DNA of 32,321 nucleotides from Candidatus Parcubacteria bacterium (GCA_014379165.1 JACMMG010000006.1:1-32321); one strand, 5' to 3'. Positions 7,850-16,613 are shown, counted from the stretch's first letter. Translations and numbers: made by a program. The notes: a model not told the origin generated them from the letters alone.

Positions 7850-10327
7850 TTATTTCTTCTGTGCCATCAACTGCTGGTGTTCTTCAGTATTTTTAAGGCC
7901 ACAGTTCTTCCATTTTTTACCGCTCCCGCATGGGCATGGGTCGTTGCGACCTATCACTTCTCCCTGCGAACTGGTGGGGGCAATAATAATACGAGGCGCT
8001 GGAGCTGCTGTAGCACTTTCTATTTTCTCTTTATTTAATCCTTCGATAAGCTCAAATACGCGCTCAGCAAGCATGATCTCCATCTCTTTATATATACGCG
8101 TACCTTCTTTTCGATATTCTACAAGCGGATCGCGCTGGCCATAGGCGCGCAAATTCACGCTTCCGCGCAAGTATTCCATACTCTCAAGGTGTTCAACCCA
8201 AAGCATGTCGAGTGTCTGGAGCACTATCCTGCGCGCGGCGGTAAGCAGCAGATCGCGTCCAAGTTCTTCTTCTTTACGGGCGATTACAGCGAGAGCCTCT
8301 TCACTTTGTGCTGCCAGTTCTTCAAGCAATGCGAAGACATCGTCTTGCGAGCCTACCAAGACCTTGCGGCGCTTTTCGTATACGGCCCGGCGCTGACGGT
8401 CGAGCACATTGTCATACTCAAGCACGTGTTTGCGAGAATCGAAATTGAATCCTTCGATCTTTGTCTGAGCAGTTTCAAGTGCGCGCGATACAAGAGAATT
8501 TTCTATCGGTTCGTCTTCCGGAATGCCGAAGCGACCCATCATGTTCTTTATCATGTCGCTTGCAAAAACACGCATAAGGGTATCTTCAAGGGAAACGTAG
8601 AATTGCGTTTCGCCGGGGTCGCCCTGGCGGCCGGAACGGCCTCGCAACTGATTATCGATGCGACGTGCTTCATGCCGTTCGGTACCGATAACATGCAATC
8701 CTCCGAGATTCTTCACTTCCTCATGTTCTTCCGGTAGTGCAAAAACGCCGCCAAGCTTGATGTCAACACCACGGCCTGCCATGTTGGTGGCAACAGTCAC
8801 TTTTCCTTTTTTGCCCGCTTGTGCGATGATTTCGCCTTCGCGCTCGTGATTCTTTGCATTGAGCATTTCATGCGGGATGCCTTCACGCTTGAGATACGAA
8901 GAAAGGAGTTCGTTCTTTTCTATAGAGACAGTACCCACGAGGACCGGTTGGCCTTTTTGATGGAGTACTTTAATCGTACGTGCAAGAGCGCTAAATTTCC
9001 CGCCTTCCGTTTGAAAAATAAGGTCATTATTGTCTTTTCGCACGGCGGGCCTGTTGGTGGGCACGTCGATAACCTCAAGCCCATAGACTTTATAAAATTC
9101 TTCCGAAGAAGTTTTGGCCGTACCAGTCATGCCGGAAAGCTTGTTGTAGAGGCGAAAATAATTCTGATAGGTAATCGAAGCAAACGTACGCGATTCTTTT
9201 TGAACAGAAACGCCTTCTTTGGCCTCTATCGCCTGATGTAAACCTTCGCTCCAGCGCCGTCCTGGCTGCAGACGGCCAGTAAATTCATCGACAATAATGA
9301 TCTCCCCGTCCTTTACGACGTACTCTTTATCTCGCTGAAACAGCGCTTTTGCCCGCACCGCCGTTTCAAGGTGATGCACATACTTGATTCCTTTTTCGGT
9401 ATACAGATTTTCTATACCAAGCAGCTTCTCAGCGCGCTCAATACCCGCGTCGGTCATTTGTATCGCCTTGCGCTTTTCATCTATCGTATAGTCAGTATCA
9501 AGTGAAAGCTTTCCTACTAACTGGGCGAACGTTGCATACAGATTTTCCGAGTCTCCTGCGGGAGCGGAAATAATAAGCGGGGTACGCGCTTCGTCGATAA
9601 GAATTGAGTCTATTTCGTCAATAATAGCAAAGAAATGTCCGCGCTGGCGCAATTCGCGCTTGTCGTAAGAAATGTTGTCGCGCAAGTAATCAAAGCCGAA
9701 CTCGGAGTTCGTGCCGTAGGTAATATCCGCTTGGTAGGCCTCAGGTCGGGAAACCGGACGCAAAAAATCGTGGAACACTTTAAAACTTCCCGCTTCGTCA
9801 CGTTCTTTATCTTCTTTGATCTGTACATGCGATGGATCATAGCGATACGACGCGTCATGATTGATGATGCCAACCGACATTCCAAGCGCATGATAGATTT
9901 GCCCCATCCAAACCGCGTCGCGTCGCGCCAAATAATCGTTGACGGTAACCACATGCATGCCTTTTGCCATCAGTGCATTGAGGTACGCCGGCAGAGTGGC
10001 CACAAGAGTCTTACCTTCTCCGGTGCGCATTTCGGCAATGCCCCCTTTATGAAGCACAATACCGCCCATCAATTGAACATCGAAATGACGCTGTTTGAGC
10101 GTTCGACGGGAACTTTCGCGTACCGCTGCAAATGCTTCAGGAAGAATGTCTTCAAGAGTTTCCCCGGCGGAAAGTCGGTTCCGGAAAGAGTGTGTTTTTT
10201 GATGCAGGTCTTCATCCCGGAGCGCCTGAAATTGCGGCTCAAGTTCGTTAATTGCCTTGACGGTAGGGCCGGTGTCTCGGAGGATTTTTGCCCCCGGACT
10301 TCCGAAGAGATTTTTGAATGAAACCAT
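7850..10327 (-). CDS. secA: Preprotein translocase ATPase SecA
   Basis: 825 aa. Walker A is MRTGEGKTL, the DEAD-like box is IIDEIDSILIDEARTPLIIS, and TNMAGRGVDIKLGG is present. The C-terminus carries the Zn-finger CPCGSGKKWKNCG. Confidence 0.97.
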   Translation of the reverse strand: MVSFKNLFGSPGAKILRDTGPTVKAINELEPQFQALRDEDLHQKTHSFRNRLSAGETLEDILPEAFAAVRESSRRTLKQRHFDVQLMGGIVLHKGGIAEMRTGEGKTLVATLPAYLNALMAKGMHVVTVNDYLARRDAVWMGQIYHALGMSVGIINHDASYRYDPSHVQIKEDKERDEAGSFKVFHDFLRPVSRPEAYQADITYGTNSEFGFDYLRDNISYDKRELRQRGHFFAIIDEIDSILIDEARTPLIISAPAGDSENLYATFAQLVGKLSLDTDYTIDEKRKAIQMTDAGIERAEKLLGIENLYTEKGIKYVHHLETAVRAKALFQRDKEYVVKDGEIIIVDEFTGRLQPGRRWSEGLHQAIEAKEGVSVQKESRTFASITYQNYFRLYNKLSGMTGTAKTSSEEFYKVYGLEVIDVPTNRPAVRKDNNDLIFQTEGGKFSALARTIKVLHQKGQPVLVGTVSIEKNELLSSYLKREGIPHEMLNAKNHEREGEIIAQAGKKGKVTVATNMAGRGVDIKLGGVFALPEEHEEVKNLGGLHVIGTERHEARRIDNQLRGRSGRQGDPGETQFYVSLEDTLMRVFASDMIKNMMGRFGIPEDEPIENSLVSRALETAQTKIEGFNFDSRKHVLEYDNVLDRQRRAVYEKRRKVLVGSQDDVFALLEELAAQSEEALAVIARKEEELGRDLLLTAARRIVLQTLDMLWVEHLESMEYLRGSVNLRAYGQRDPLVEYRKEGTRIYKEMEIMLAERVFELIEGLNKEKIESATAAPAPRIIIAPTSSQGEVIGRNDPCPCGSGKKWKNCGLKNTEEHQQLMAQKK

Positions 10328-10410
10328 AGTATTTTCTGCCTCTCGTGCTTGGGAATCCTAGCATAAAATATAGAGGTTAGGAACCTAGATTGCTTTCGCT
10401 CGTTTATCCA

Positions 10411-10436
10411 TAAGAAAAATCCCGCATTGCTGCGGG
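10411..10436 (-). terminator. Candidate intrinsic terminator upstream of secA
   Basis: Stem cccgca (10421-10426) pairing with tgcggg (10431-10436), with a ttgc loop. On the minus strand it is followed by ATTTTTCTTA (10420-10411). Confidence 0.55.
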
Positions 10437-10483
10437 ACTTTTCTTTCGAGAGGATATCCGACACATGTCGGAATCCCAAGAAT

Positions 10484-10543
10484 TTAACGGCGCTTCTTCT
10501 TAGTTGCTTTCTTCTTTTTTGCTGCCTTTTTTTTCTTTGCCAT
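10484..10543 (-). CDS. Speculative 19-aa poly-Lys peptide ORF
   Basis: Hand-translated: ATG GCA AAG AAA AAA AAG GCA GCA AAA AAG AAG AAA GCA ACT AAG AAG AAG CGC CGT TAA gives MAKKKKAAKKKKATKKKRR*. A GGGAG lies 10 nt upstream of the ATG. The hairpin terminator at 10411-10436 lies 48 nt downstream of the stop. The sequence could equally be low-complexity and non-coding. Confidence 0.2.
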   Translation of the reverse strand: MAKKKKAAKKKKATKKKRR

Positions 10544-10708
10544 AATAGTACGACTCCCAGTCGTCAATTAGTTCCTGCATCGTTCGACCGTGTTCATAGC
10601 ATTATGTACATAACACATTGAACACACCTCGATGCCCTATCAATCATTATTGATGATTGAGTTGCGATATACAATCAATAAAAAATTTTCTCTGTGGATA
10701 TCTTTTCT

Positions 10709-11716
10709 TCACACTATTCTTACTTCCGGTTCTATATTTAGATTACATGTGTTTTTTACTTTTTCTTGAACCAAACGAGCAAGTTCTTTTACATCACGCG
10801 AAGAACTATTTCTTTCTGCTACAACAACGAGGAATTGTTTTTCGTACATCCTGGCCCCTCCTACTTTTATAGAACGCATATCAATGACCCCGTGCCGGTA
10901 ATCAAGAAACCATCCAAGCGGCACTTTTATATCCTTCGATTCAGGGAGTGGAAAAAGAGGAAGCTCCGGATACTTCTCTTGGAGTTTGTGTGCTTCTTCA
11001 GCTGGCAAAACGGGATTCTTAAAAAAAGAACCTGCTGTGCCTTCAATGTGCAAATCGGGGAATTTACCAGCGCGGATCTCTAGTACCGCGGCCCGCAGAT
11101 CTAAGATGCTTGGAGGAGTATCTTTAAACCGTAGTGCCAGGTCTTTGTATGAGATATCGGGAGTGCCGGTTTTAGAAAGTTTTAAAGCAACACGCAGGAC
11201 GACGTATCGGTCTGGCTCGCGTTTAAAGATGCTATCCCTATAGCCAGACTTGTAATCTTCTTTTGTTAAACGTTTTTCTTCTCCGCTATGCGTGTCATAT
11301 ACCTCAAGCCACTCTAAAGTCTGCGAGAGCGCCGAGCCGTATGCACCGATATTTTGCACAACGGCGCCTCCAACCGTGCCCGGGATGCCAGAGAGATTCT
11401 CTATTCCCCACATGCCATTTTTAACTGTGCGCTCAACAAGTGCATCCCAGCTCTCTCCTGCGGCGGCAACAAACATGTCTTCTTTTTCTTCCACACCCAA
11501 GAGCTCGATCTTAATTACAAGCCCCGGAAATCCCGCGTCATCAATAAGCACATTAGAGCCCCCTCCTAAAATAAAAGTCGGGAAGTTCTTTTCTTTACCG
11601 AATGCGAGAACTTCGCGAAGCTCATTGGTCGAGTGTACGCGCGCAAAAAACCGCGCCTCTCCCCCTATACCAAAGGTAGTGAGCGGAGCCAAAGGTATGT
11701 TCTCTTCTATCTGCAT
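10709..11716 (-). CDS. murB: UDP-N-acetylenolpyruvoylglucosamine reductase
   Basis: 335 aa. The N-terminus is PLAPLTTFGIGGEARFF, the FAD-binding motif is ILGGGSNVL, and a MurB C-terminal domain is present. Confidence 0.95.
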   Translation of the reverse strand: MQIEENIPLAPLTTFGIGGEARFFARVHSTNELREVLAFGKEKNFPTFILGGGSNVLIDDAGFPGLVIKIELLGVEEKEDMFVAAAGESWDALVERTVKNGMWGIENLSGIPGTVGGAVVQNIGAYGSALSQTLEWLEVYDTHSGEEKRLTKEDYKSGYRDSIFKREPDRYVVLRVALKLSKTGTPDISYKDLALRFKDTPPSILDLRAAVLEIRAGKFPDLHIEGTAGSFFKNPVLPAEEAHKLQEKYPELPLFPLPESKDIKVPLGWFLDYRHGVIDMRSIKVGGARMYEKQFLVVVAERNSSSRDVKELARLVQEKVKNTCNLNIEPEVRIV

Positions 11717-11782
11717 ATTAGTTAGTCACAACTCTCGGCTCGTCGCCACTCACCTCGGTCGCGATCCTTACAGGATCAGTAT

Positions 11783-12110
11783 ACCTTTTGCATATTTCTT
11801 CAAAAATATCTCAAAAGGTCTTGCGATGCTCCAAGTGTTCGCATCTCACCCGCCTCGCCCGTTGCGTCTCCTGACGCCACATGGCTGTGGCCAGCCATTG
11901 TATCAGAAAAAGCAGAGCAGTCTGCATTTTCTATCAATGTGCTCCCTGCGGGAAGCGGATGCGAGCTCCAAAACATTGTCCTAATGTGAGTGCCCCGCTC
12001 CCCGCACGAAGCGCACTCCACACAGTATATACGAAAACTCAGTCCCACGACTCCAGCTTAAGGAATCAAAGGTTATTTACGTCCCTATCCTCCTGAAATA
12101 GTGGACTATG
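11783..12110. ncRNA. Candidate structured non-coding RNA, class and strand unresolved
   Basis: The spacer between murB and the ligase-like gene is about 400 bp and has no credible ORF. By hand count, 11841-11900 is 40/60 GC, against 30/60 in murB coding sequence at 11401-11460. Perfect stems are packed closely:
- 11783-11819: ACCTTTTG-c-ATATTT-cttcaa-AAATAT-ct-CAAAAGGT
- 11864-11877: GCGTC-tcct-GACGC
- 11881-11898: ATGGCTG-tggc-CAGCCAT
- 11912-11925: GCAGA-gcag-TCTGC
- 11935-11978: CAATGT/GCTC ... GAGC/ACATTG
- 11988-12018: GAGTGC ... GCACTC. Confidence 0.3.
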
Positions 12111-12115
12111 GTACG

Positions 12116-12142
12116 AAAAAACTCTCAGGAAGAGAGTTTTTT
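12116..12142. terminator. Bidirectional intrinsic terminator (serves the ligase-like gene on the minus strand)
   Basis: The sequence is aaaaaactctc-aggaa-gagagtttttt. A CTCTC/GAGAG core is flanked by A6 and T6 tracts. It lies about 50 nt past the stop at 12194. Confidence 0.7.
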
Positions 12143-12193
12143 CGCAGGACTGCGTTTTGGTTTTATGCCACACTTCCTGTGACACTCACATCC

Positions 12194-14431
12194 TTATTTT
12201 ACCGTACTTGGCAAAAGTGTGCCAGCCTGGAGCTGTGTAATAATCGCTTGTATCTCGGCGGCCGCGGCAGGGTTGAGACCTGCTACTTTCTGAAGTGTCG
12301 CGATAGTAGCCTCTAAGTTACCTGCAGTGAAGTATGCGGACGCTAAGCCAAGATATATATCGGGATTTTTGGGATCTTTGCCGACTCGCAAGTTCCATAT
12401 TTGGATTACCCGGTCATGCAACCCCAAGCTCTGATAGATTTTCAGCAGCTGATCGTTATCGACTATGATTGTTCCATACTGCTCGTTGAGAAGTGCATCG
12501 GCCGCTTTGGTTTGCTGCGCAAAGTACAGCGCCCCTGCGTACATAAGTCGTGCGGTAATGAATTGAGGCGCAAGTTCATACGCTTTCTTAAATATTGGAA
12601 GCGCATTATTTAGATCACCCTGTTGAAGATATGTCTGGCCGAGCTGGAAAAGAATGCTCTGCTTATCGGGTGACAGTGCAATAGCTTTATTCAGATGCGT
12701 TATTGCATCTTCATATTTGCCATACTGGGCGAGGAAAAGACCCATAAACGATTCAAGACGAGCGTCATTGGGTCTTGAGGCAAGAAATGCCTCTCCTTGC
12801 GCTCGCGTGAAGGTATATATTTCTTCTTTTACTTCCGGAGCGAGGTTGCTGTCCGACCCTACGCCTGAGGCAAATTGGAAGAGCTGTTCAATAGTTTCTT
12901 GCTTGCCTAGCTCACCTTGCGTTACTGCTTTCTTAAATGAAGCGAGTTTATCTTGTGGCGTAATGGGGGCACCTGTTGCATTGGTAGTGCGAAACGCTTC
13001 AATCATCGTCTGCGCGCGTGCCATTGCAGGGCCATTGAGCATCCAGCCTCCGACGAGTACAACAATGCCGATTATTGGTGCTGCTACCGATACAGCCCTG
13101 TCGCTCAGAGGTCGTGAGAGAAACATCCATGCAGGAAGCTGCTTGTTTGAGATACTATGTACGAACGCCAGTATAAGGAAGAAATATACAATGCTCAGTA
13201 TGTTATCGAACACGAAGATATTGTTAAAGGCATAGCCGCCGAGGAGCCCGATAAGTACTGCCTGTTCTGGCACTAGCAAGGCCTCAGAGCGGATAATTGC
13301 CCAAGCACCCAATACAAAGAGTGATATGTAGAGAATAAAGGCCGGTAAACCTCCAGCAATAAGCCAGTCAAGGAATTGATTGTGAGCGCGGTCGAACCAT
13401 TGCTCTTGCGCATACATTTCCGGCGAGTAATGCTCGTTAAAGACATAGCTGAAGTTCTCCTGCCCCCACCCTGCTGCGGGCCGCTCAAGGAACCCTTGAT
13501 ACGCCACATTCCAAATAATGAAGCGGGACTGGGTTGTACCATCGGTAAGAGAAATAGAAGCGAGACGCGAGAGCGCAGGAGCATTGCGGATAAACGAAGT
13601 GTCTTTCAACGCAATAAATCCAACTACCAATATCGCGATAGTGCCAAGCGTTACAAAGGAAAGCCGACGATACCAGCGCAGCTCCGAGCCTCGTGCCCTC
13701 CAAGCAAGGTACAGTGCAGCAAGCACGAAGCCGCCTAAGACTCCCAAGATAGAGCCTCTGGTTTCTGTAAAGTAGAGCGCCGCCAGCTGAAGCACGAGTG
13801 CAATACCATATACTGCCTGCATGCCCTTCGAACGGCTTTCTCGCACCAGAAGAAAGAGGGTGATGAAAATATTGAAGAGCATGTAAACCGCCAAGTACGT
13901 TGCGTTACCGAACGTGGTGTCTGCGCGTGCACCGCTTTGCGAAGACGGGGCAAGACCGAGCACATGCATAACTTGGAAGATTGCGTAGACTCCCTGGATA
14001 GCACTGAGCGCTACCGAAGTTTGGAAAAATCGTCTCCATAAATTCATTTCGTTTAAAACCGCTCCGGCTACAACAAAGAGTGCAAATAGATGGAGCACTG
14101 TTACGTACCCTTCCATACGCTCAAAGTTGCTCCAAAAGGTCTTAATTGGATCTACGCTCACAAGACTGGCAATTCCCATCCAGACTACAAATGCCAATGC
14201 TGCCCACATGAGATAGGAGCCTTTCGGACAGTATTTTGGCTCACGAAGGGCGAGGATCGCATATAGCGCAACAATTATTTCAACAACAATACGAAACGTA
14301 AAATTCTTGCCCGTGATGTAGGGAAAGAACATGTTTGGAAGAAGAGAGCCATTGGCAATAAGAAAAGGAAGGAACAAGAGAAAAAATAGGCCGCCAATAA
14401 TTCCCCATCGAAGGTATTTTGTATATTCCAT
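12194..14431 (-). CDS. O-antigen ligase/polymerase-family (Wzy_C-type) polytopic membrane protein with a C-terminal TPR domain
   Basis: The N-terminal two-thirds is polytopic (FFPYITGKNFTFRIVVEI, FTETRGSILGVLGGFVLAALYLAW). The C-terminal third holds TPR-like repeats (AITHLNKAIALSPDKQSILFQLGQTYLQQGDLNNALPIFKKAYELAP ...). I chose the start at ATG 14431 (MEYTKYLRWGII). The track's 30-codon extension would overlap the divergent gene. Confidence 0.85.
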   Translation of the reverse strand: MEYTKYLRWGIIGGLFFLLFLPFLIANGSLLPNMFFPYITGKNFTFRIVVEIIVALYAILALREPKYCPKGSYLMWAALAFVVWMGIASLVSVDPIKTFWSNFERMEGYVTVLHLFALFVVAGAVLNEMNLWRRFFQTSVALSAIQGVYAIFQVMHVLGLAPSSQSGARADTTFGNATYLAVYMLFNIFITLFLLVRESRSKGMQAVYGIALVLQLAALYFTETRGSILGVLGGFVLAALYLAWRARGSELRWYRRLSFVTLGTIAILVVGFIALKDTSFIRNAPALSRLASISLTDGTTQSRFIIWNVAYQGFLERPAAGWGQENFSYVFNEHYSPEMYAQEQWFDRAHNQFLDWLIAGGLPAFILYISLFVLGAWAIIRSEALLVPEQAVLIGLLGGYAFNNIFVFDNILSIVYFFLILAFVHSISNKQLPAWMFLSRPLSDRAVSVAAPIIGIVVLVGGWMLNGPAMARAQTMIEAFRTTNATGAPITPQDKLASFKKAVTQGELGKQETIEQLFQFASGVGSDSNLAPEVKEEIYTFTRAQGEAFLASRPNDARLESFMGLFLAQYGKYEDAITHLNKAIALSPDKQSILFQLGQTYLQQGDLNNALPIFKKAYELAPQFITARLMYAGALYFAQQTKAADALLNEQYGTIIVDNDQLLKIYQSLGLHDRVIQIWNLRVGKDPKNPDIYLGLASAYFTAGNLEATIATLQKVAGLNPAAAAEIQAIITQLQAGTLLPSTVK

Positions 14432-14503
14432 AAAAGCAAATATAGCATATCTCCAATACTCAATGTTTGCTACCCCCATGCTACAATATCCCTCTCTTCC
14501 CAT

Positions 14504-15139
14504 ATGCGCCGAAGCGATCATACCGTTATCTCTGTGCTTGCGGCCGCATCTGCCTTACTCGTGCTTCCTATATTGCGTCATGCAGGGGTACTGCCCTTCC
14601 CACTTACTTTTTTTACGGCAACGCTTGCTGTAGGGGCACTTGTAGCGCTGGAGAACGCTGGGCTGTTCGTAGCCGAAATCATCGCACGGCGACTAGCATT
14701 CATACGTAAGCTTGCTCGCTTTGGTGCAACCGGCATCTTTAACACGTCGCTTGATGCGGGCATCTTAAATGCCTTGGCGTATTTCTTTGCAATTTATTCC
14801 GGGCCGGTTATTGTCGCGTTCAACCTCGTCTCATTTTCCATCACGGCCGTTACCTCGTATTTTATCAACCGAAGTTGGTCGTTCGAATCTGCAGTCAAAC
14901 CCGGAACAAAAGAATTTTCGCTATTTATCGGCGTTGTGCTTTCAAGCTTACTTATCAACTCTGTACTCATGTATCTCCTCACCACCCTTATAGCACCTCC
15001 AGCGGGTATTTCCCCGGCCTTATGGATAAACATCGCAAAGCTCTTAACAGCCGTAGTTTCCCTCCTATGGAATTTCAGCGGTCTTCACTTTATAGTATTT
15101 CGTACGCCTTCCGGCGCTCACAATGCTCAAAAAATATAA
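14504..15139 (+). CDS. GtrA-family membrane protein (putative polyprenyl-phosphate-sugar translocation), with an N-terminal extension of about 60 aa
   Basis: The GtrA core is FIRKLARFGATGIFNTSLDAGILNALAYFF ... SYFINRSWSFES, which carries the N-R-x-W-x-F hallmark. Two extra hydrophobic segments precede the core. Confidence 0.8.
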   Translation: MRRSDHTVISVLAAASALLVLPILRHAGVLPFPLTFFTATLAVGALVALENAGLFVAEIIARRLAFIRKLARFGATGIFNTSLDAGILNALAYFFAIYSGPVIVAFNLVSFSITAVTSYFINRSWSFESAVKPGTKEFSLFIGVVLSSLLINSVLMYLLTTLIAPPAGISPALWINIAKLLTAVVSLLWNFSGLHFIVFRTPSGAHNAQKI

Positions 15140-16613
15140 CGGTATGGCGCCCATATTCTCGTCATTCGCTCGAAAAATAAAACAGGTTTTATTGTTTCTT
15201 GCTCCACTCAATACATTTGAAATTGCACTTTTTTTGATCGCTATCGCAGGTTCTGCGTTGGTGTACTTTGCAACACTCCATTTTAATCCAGTACTTATCA
15301 AGGATATCGATTGGGAATTCCTTAGACTGGCAACCAACCTGCGTGAGTATGGTGTCTACGCAGATAGTAGCGACCCAAGCGCCTTTCATCTTTCGAGCGG
15401 ATATACTCCGCTATATCCGCTCCTCCTTGTTCCTTTTGTGTACCACTACACGCTCATGCTTGTCCTTAACTGGGTTTTGCATGCACTTATTATTGTCTTT
15501 ACGTATCGATTAGCCATTCGACTGGGAGCCCATGCGGGGGTTTCATTTGTCGCATGTGCGCTTTTTGCGCTTGAACCGTATCATTTGAACCTTACCAACC
15601 AAATAATGTCCGAAATGCTCTTCGGATTATTGCTTTTGTTTGCCGTTCACAGTGCACTTACATACCTCCAAGAAAAACGGTTCTTATATCTTGGAGTGGC
15701 CTCTCTCTTGCTTGGCCTCTCGACACTAACGCGACCTTCTGCGGAATTTCTTATCCCCGCTATTCTTATCATTCCTTTTTTCACTTTAGGTGTGAGCCGT
15801 CGTGCAATACTTCATGGACTTGCAGGTGTTTGCATCTGCGTTCTCGTTCTTTTACCGTGGCTTTTGCGTAACTATTACTTCTACCATGCATTTTCCCTCT
15901 CCTCACTTACTACCCAACAGTTGATTAGCGCAGGAATACCTCAATATCTCGAATGGAAAGAGAAAGGTGCAGCAGCTACAGAAAAGAGCATCTACGAGCG
16001 GCGTTACGCACTTTATCGGGAAGCTGAAAAATACCTTGGATACCACCCCCAGAAACCCTTAGAGCTTAATATTGTTGATCGCATCGTTGATTTTAACGAA
16101 GCGCGCATCATAAACCAACACATGGTATGGCCCCTGCTTAAGACAGACGGGCTTTCCATGTTCGGATTTTATTTAACCCAACTACCTTTCCAGCTTATGA
16201 CCGATAACTGGCGTACGGCACTCGATAACATACTTCATCTACCATACACGCAGACGACCTCCCTTTCTGCCGCCCTTGCTGCGGTGCGCGGAGATTTTTC
16301 TCAAATCCTCACCACGTTCAAATCAGTTGATCCATATTTGTTTGCCTTCCTTGCCGGAAAAATATATTGGCTCGTTGCTTATCTTCTTGGCGCATTTGGC
16401 GCATACGTACTGTGGAGACGAGGCGGAACAGTGCGGCTTGCAGCAATTGGTCTTGTCCTTCTTGCCATTTATTTCCCTCTTGTATCGTTACCGTACCTTG
16501 AGTCCCGATATCGCTTCCCCGCAACACCGTTTATATTTACCCTCGTGTCTATCGGAGCAAGTGTGATAAGCGTATGGATAGCACAAAAAGTGCAGCGCGT
16601 ACGCCATCGGTAA
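15123..16613 (+). CDS. GT-C fold membrane glycosyltransferase (GT39/ArnT/PMT_2-like)
   Basis: 496 aa, polytopic, with a first-loop region DWEFLRLATNLREYGVY and a long hydrophobic core. The start is either ATG 15123 (17-nt overlap with the GtrA gene) or ATG 15144. Confidence 0.75.
   Translation: MLKKYNGMAPIFSSFARKIKQVLLFLAPLNTFEIALFLIAIAGSALVYFATLHFNPVLIKDIDWEFLRLATNLREYGVYADSSDPSAFHLSSGYTPLYPLLLVPFVYHYTLMLVLNWVLHALIIVFTYRLAIRLGAHAGVSFVACALFALEPYHLNLTNQIMSEMLFGLLLLFAVHSALTYLQEKRFLYLGVASLLLGLSTLTRPSAEFLIPAILIIPFFTLGVSRRAILHGLAGVCICVLVLLPWLLRNYYFYHAFSLSSLTTQQLISAGIPQYLEWKEKGAAATEKSIYERRYALYREAEKYLGYHPQKPLELNIVDRIVDFNEARIINQHMVWPLLKTDGLSMFGFYLTQLPFQLMTDNWRTALDNILHLPYTQTTSLSAALAAVRGDFSQILTTFKSVDPYLFAFLAGKIYWLVAYLLGAFGAYVLWRRGGTVRLAAIGLVLLAIYFPLVSLPYLESRYRFPATPFIFTLVSIGASVISVWIAQKVQRVRHR

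Noticed and set aside
9635-10321. Long antisense ORFs inside real genes:
- 9635..10321 (+), 228 aa
- 8189..8737 (+)
- 6348..6917 (+)
- 5299..5814 (+)
- 12654..13235 (+)
- 20856..21188 (+)
- 24174..24611 (+)
   Set aside because: Each lies fully within a strongly supported family-assignable gene on the opposite strand. Their compositions are Ser/Arg/Cys-rich and low in complexity, as expected for antisense frames.
10641-10659. Inverted repeat CAATCAT-tattg-ATGATTG just downstream of murB, considered as a terminator or operator. A 12-bp palindrome TTATGTACATAA lies nearby at about 10598-10609.
   Set aside because: The AT-rich stem is short and has no following U-tract on the minus strand. There is no second copy in the window. 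It is compatible with chance in an AT-rich spacer.
11292-11984. 230-aa plus-strand ORF spanning the murB 5' half and part of the GC-rich spacer.
   Set aside because: It is antisense to murB for most of its length, has no family resemblance, and is Ser/Pro/Arg-rich.
11800-12096. Two small ORFs in the GC-rich spacer, 82 aa (-) and 71 aa (+), with CxxC-like strings suggesting zinc-ribbon proteins.
   Set aside because: The start contexts are poor (GTG 2 nt after GGAG). The two ORFs overlap each other on opposite strands. Their composition is driven by the GC-rich hairpins. A structured RNA is a better explanation.
11783-12110. Assigning the spacer RNA to RNase P RNA, tmRNA, SRP RNA or a TPP, ydaO, lysine or cobalamin riboswitch.
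   Set aside because: On both strands I looked for the following and found only loose partial matches:
- GAGGAAAGUCC and ACAGAA (RNase P)
- 5' GGGG, GGUUCGA T-loop and an ..AA-stop tag (tmRNA)
- GGAA tetraloop with AGCAG (SRP)
- CUGAGA with ACCUGAUCUGGAUAAUGCCAGCG (TPP)
- ACAGCUAACCUCGUAAGC (ydaO)

The class is left open.
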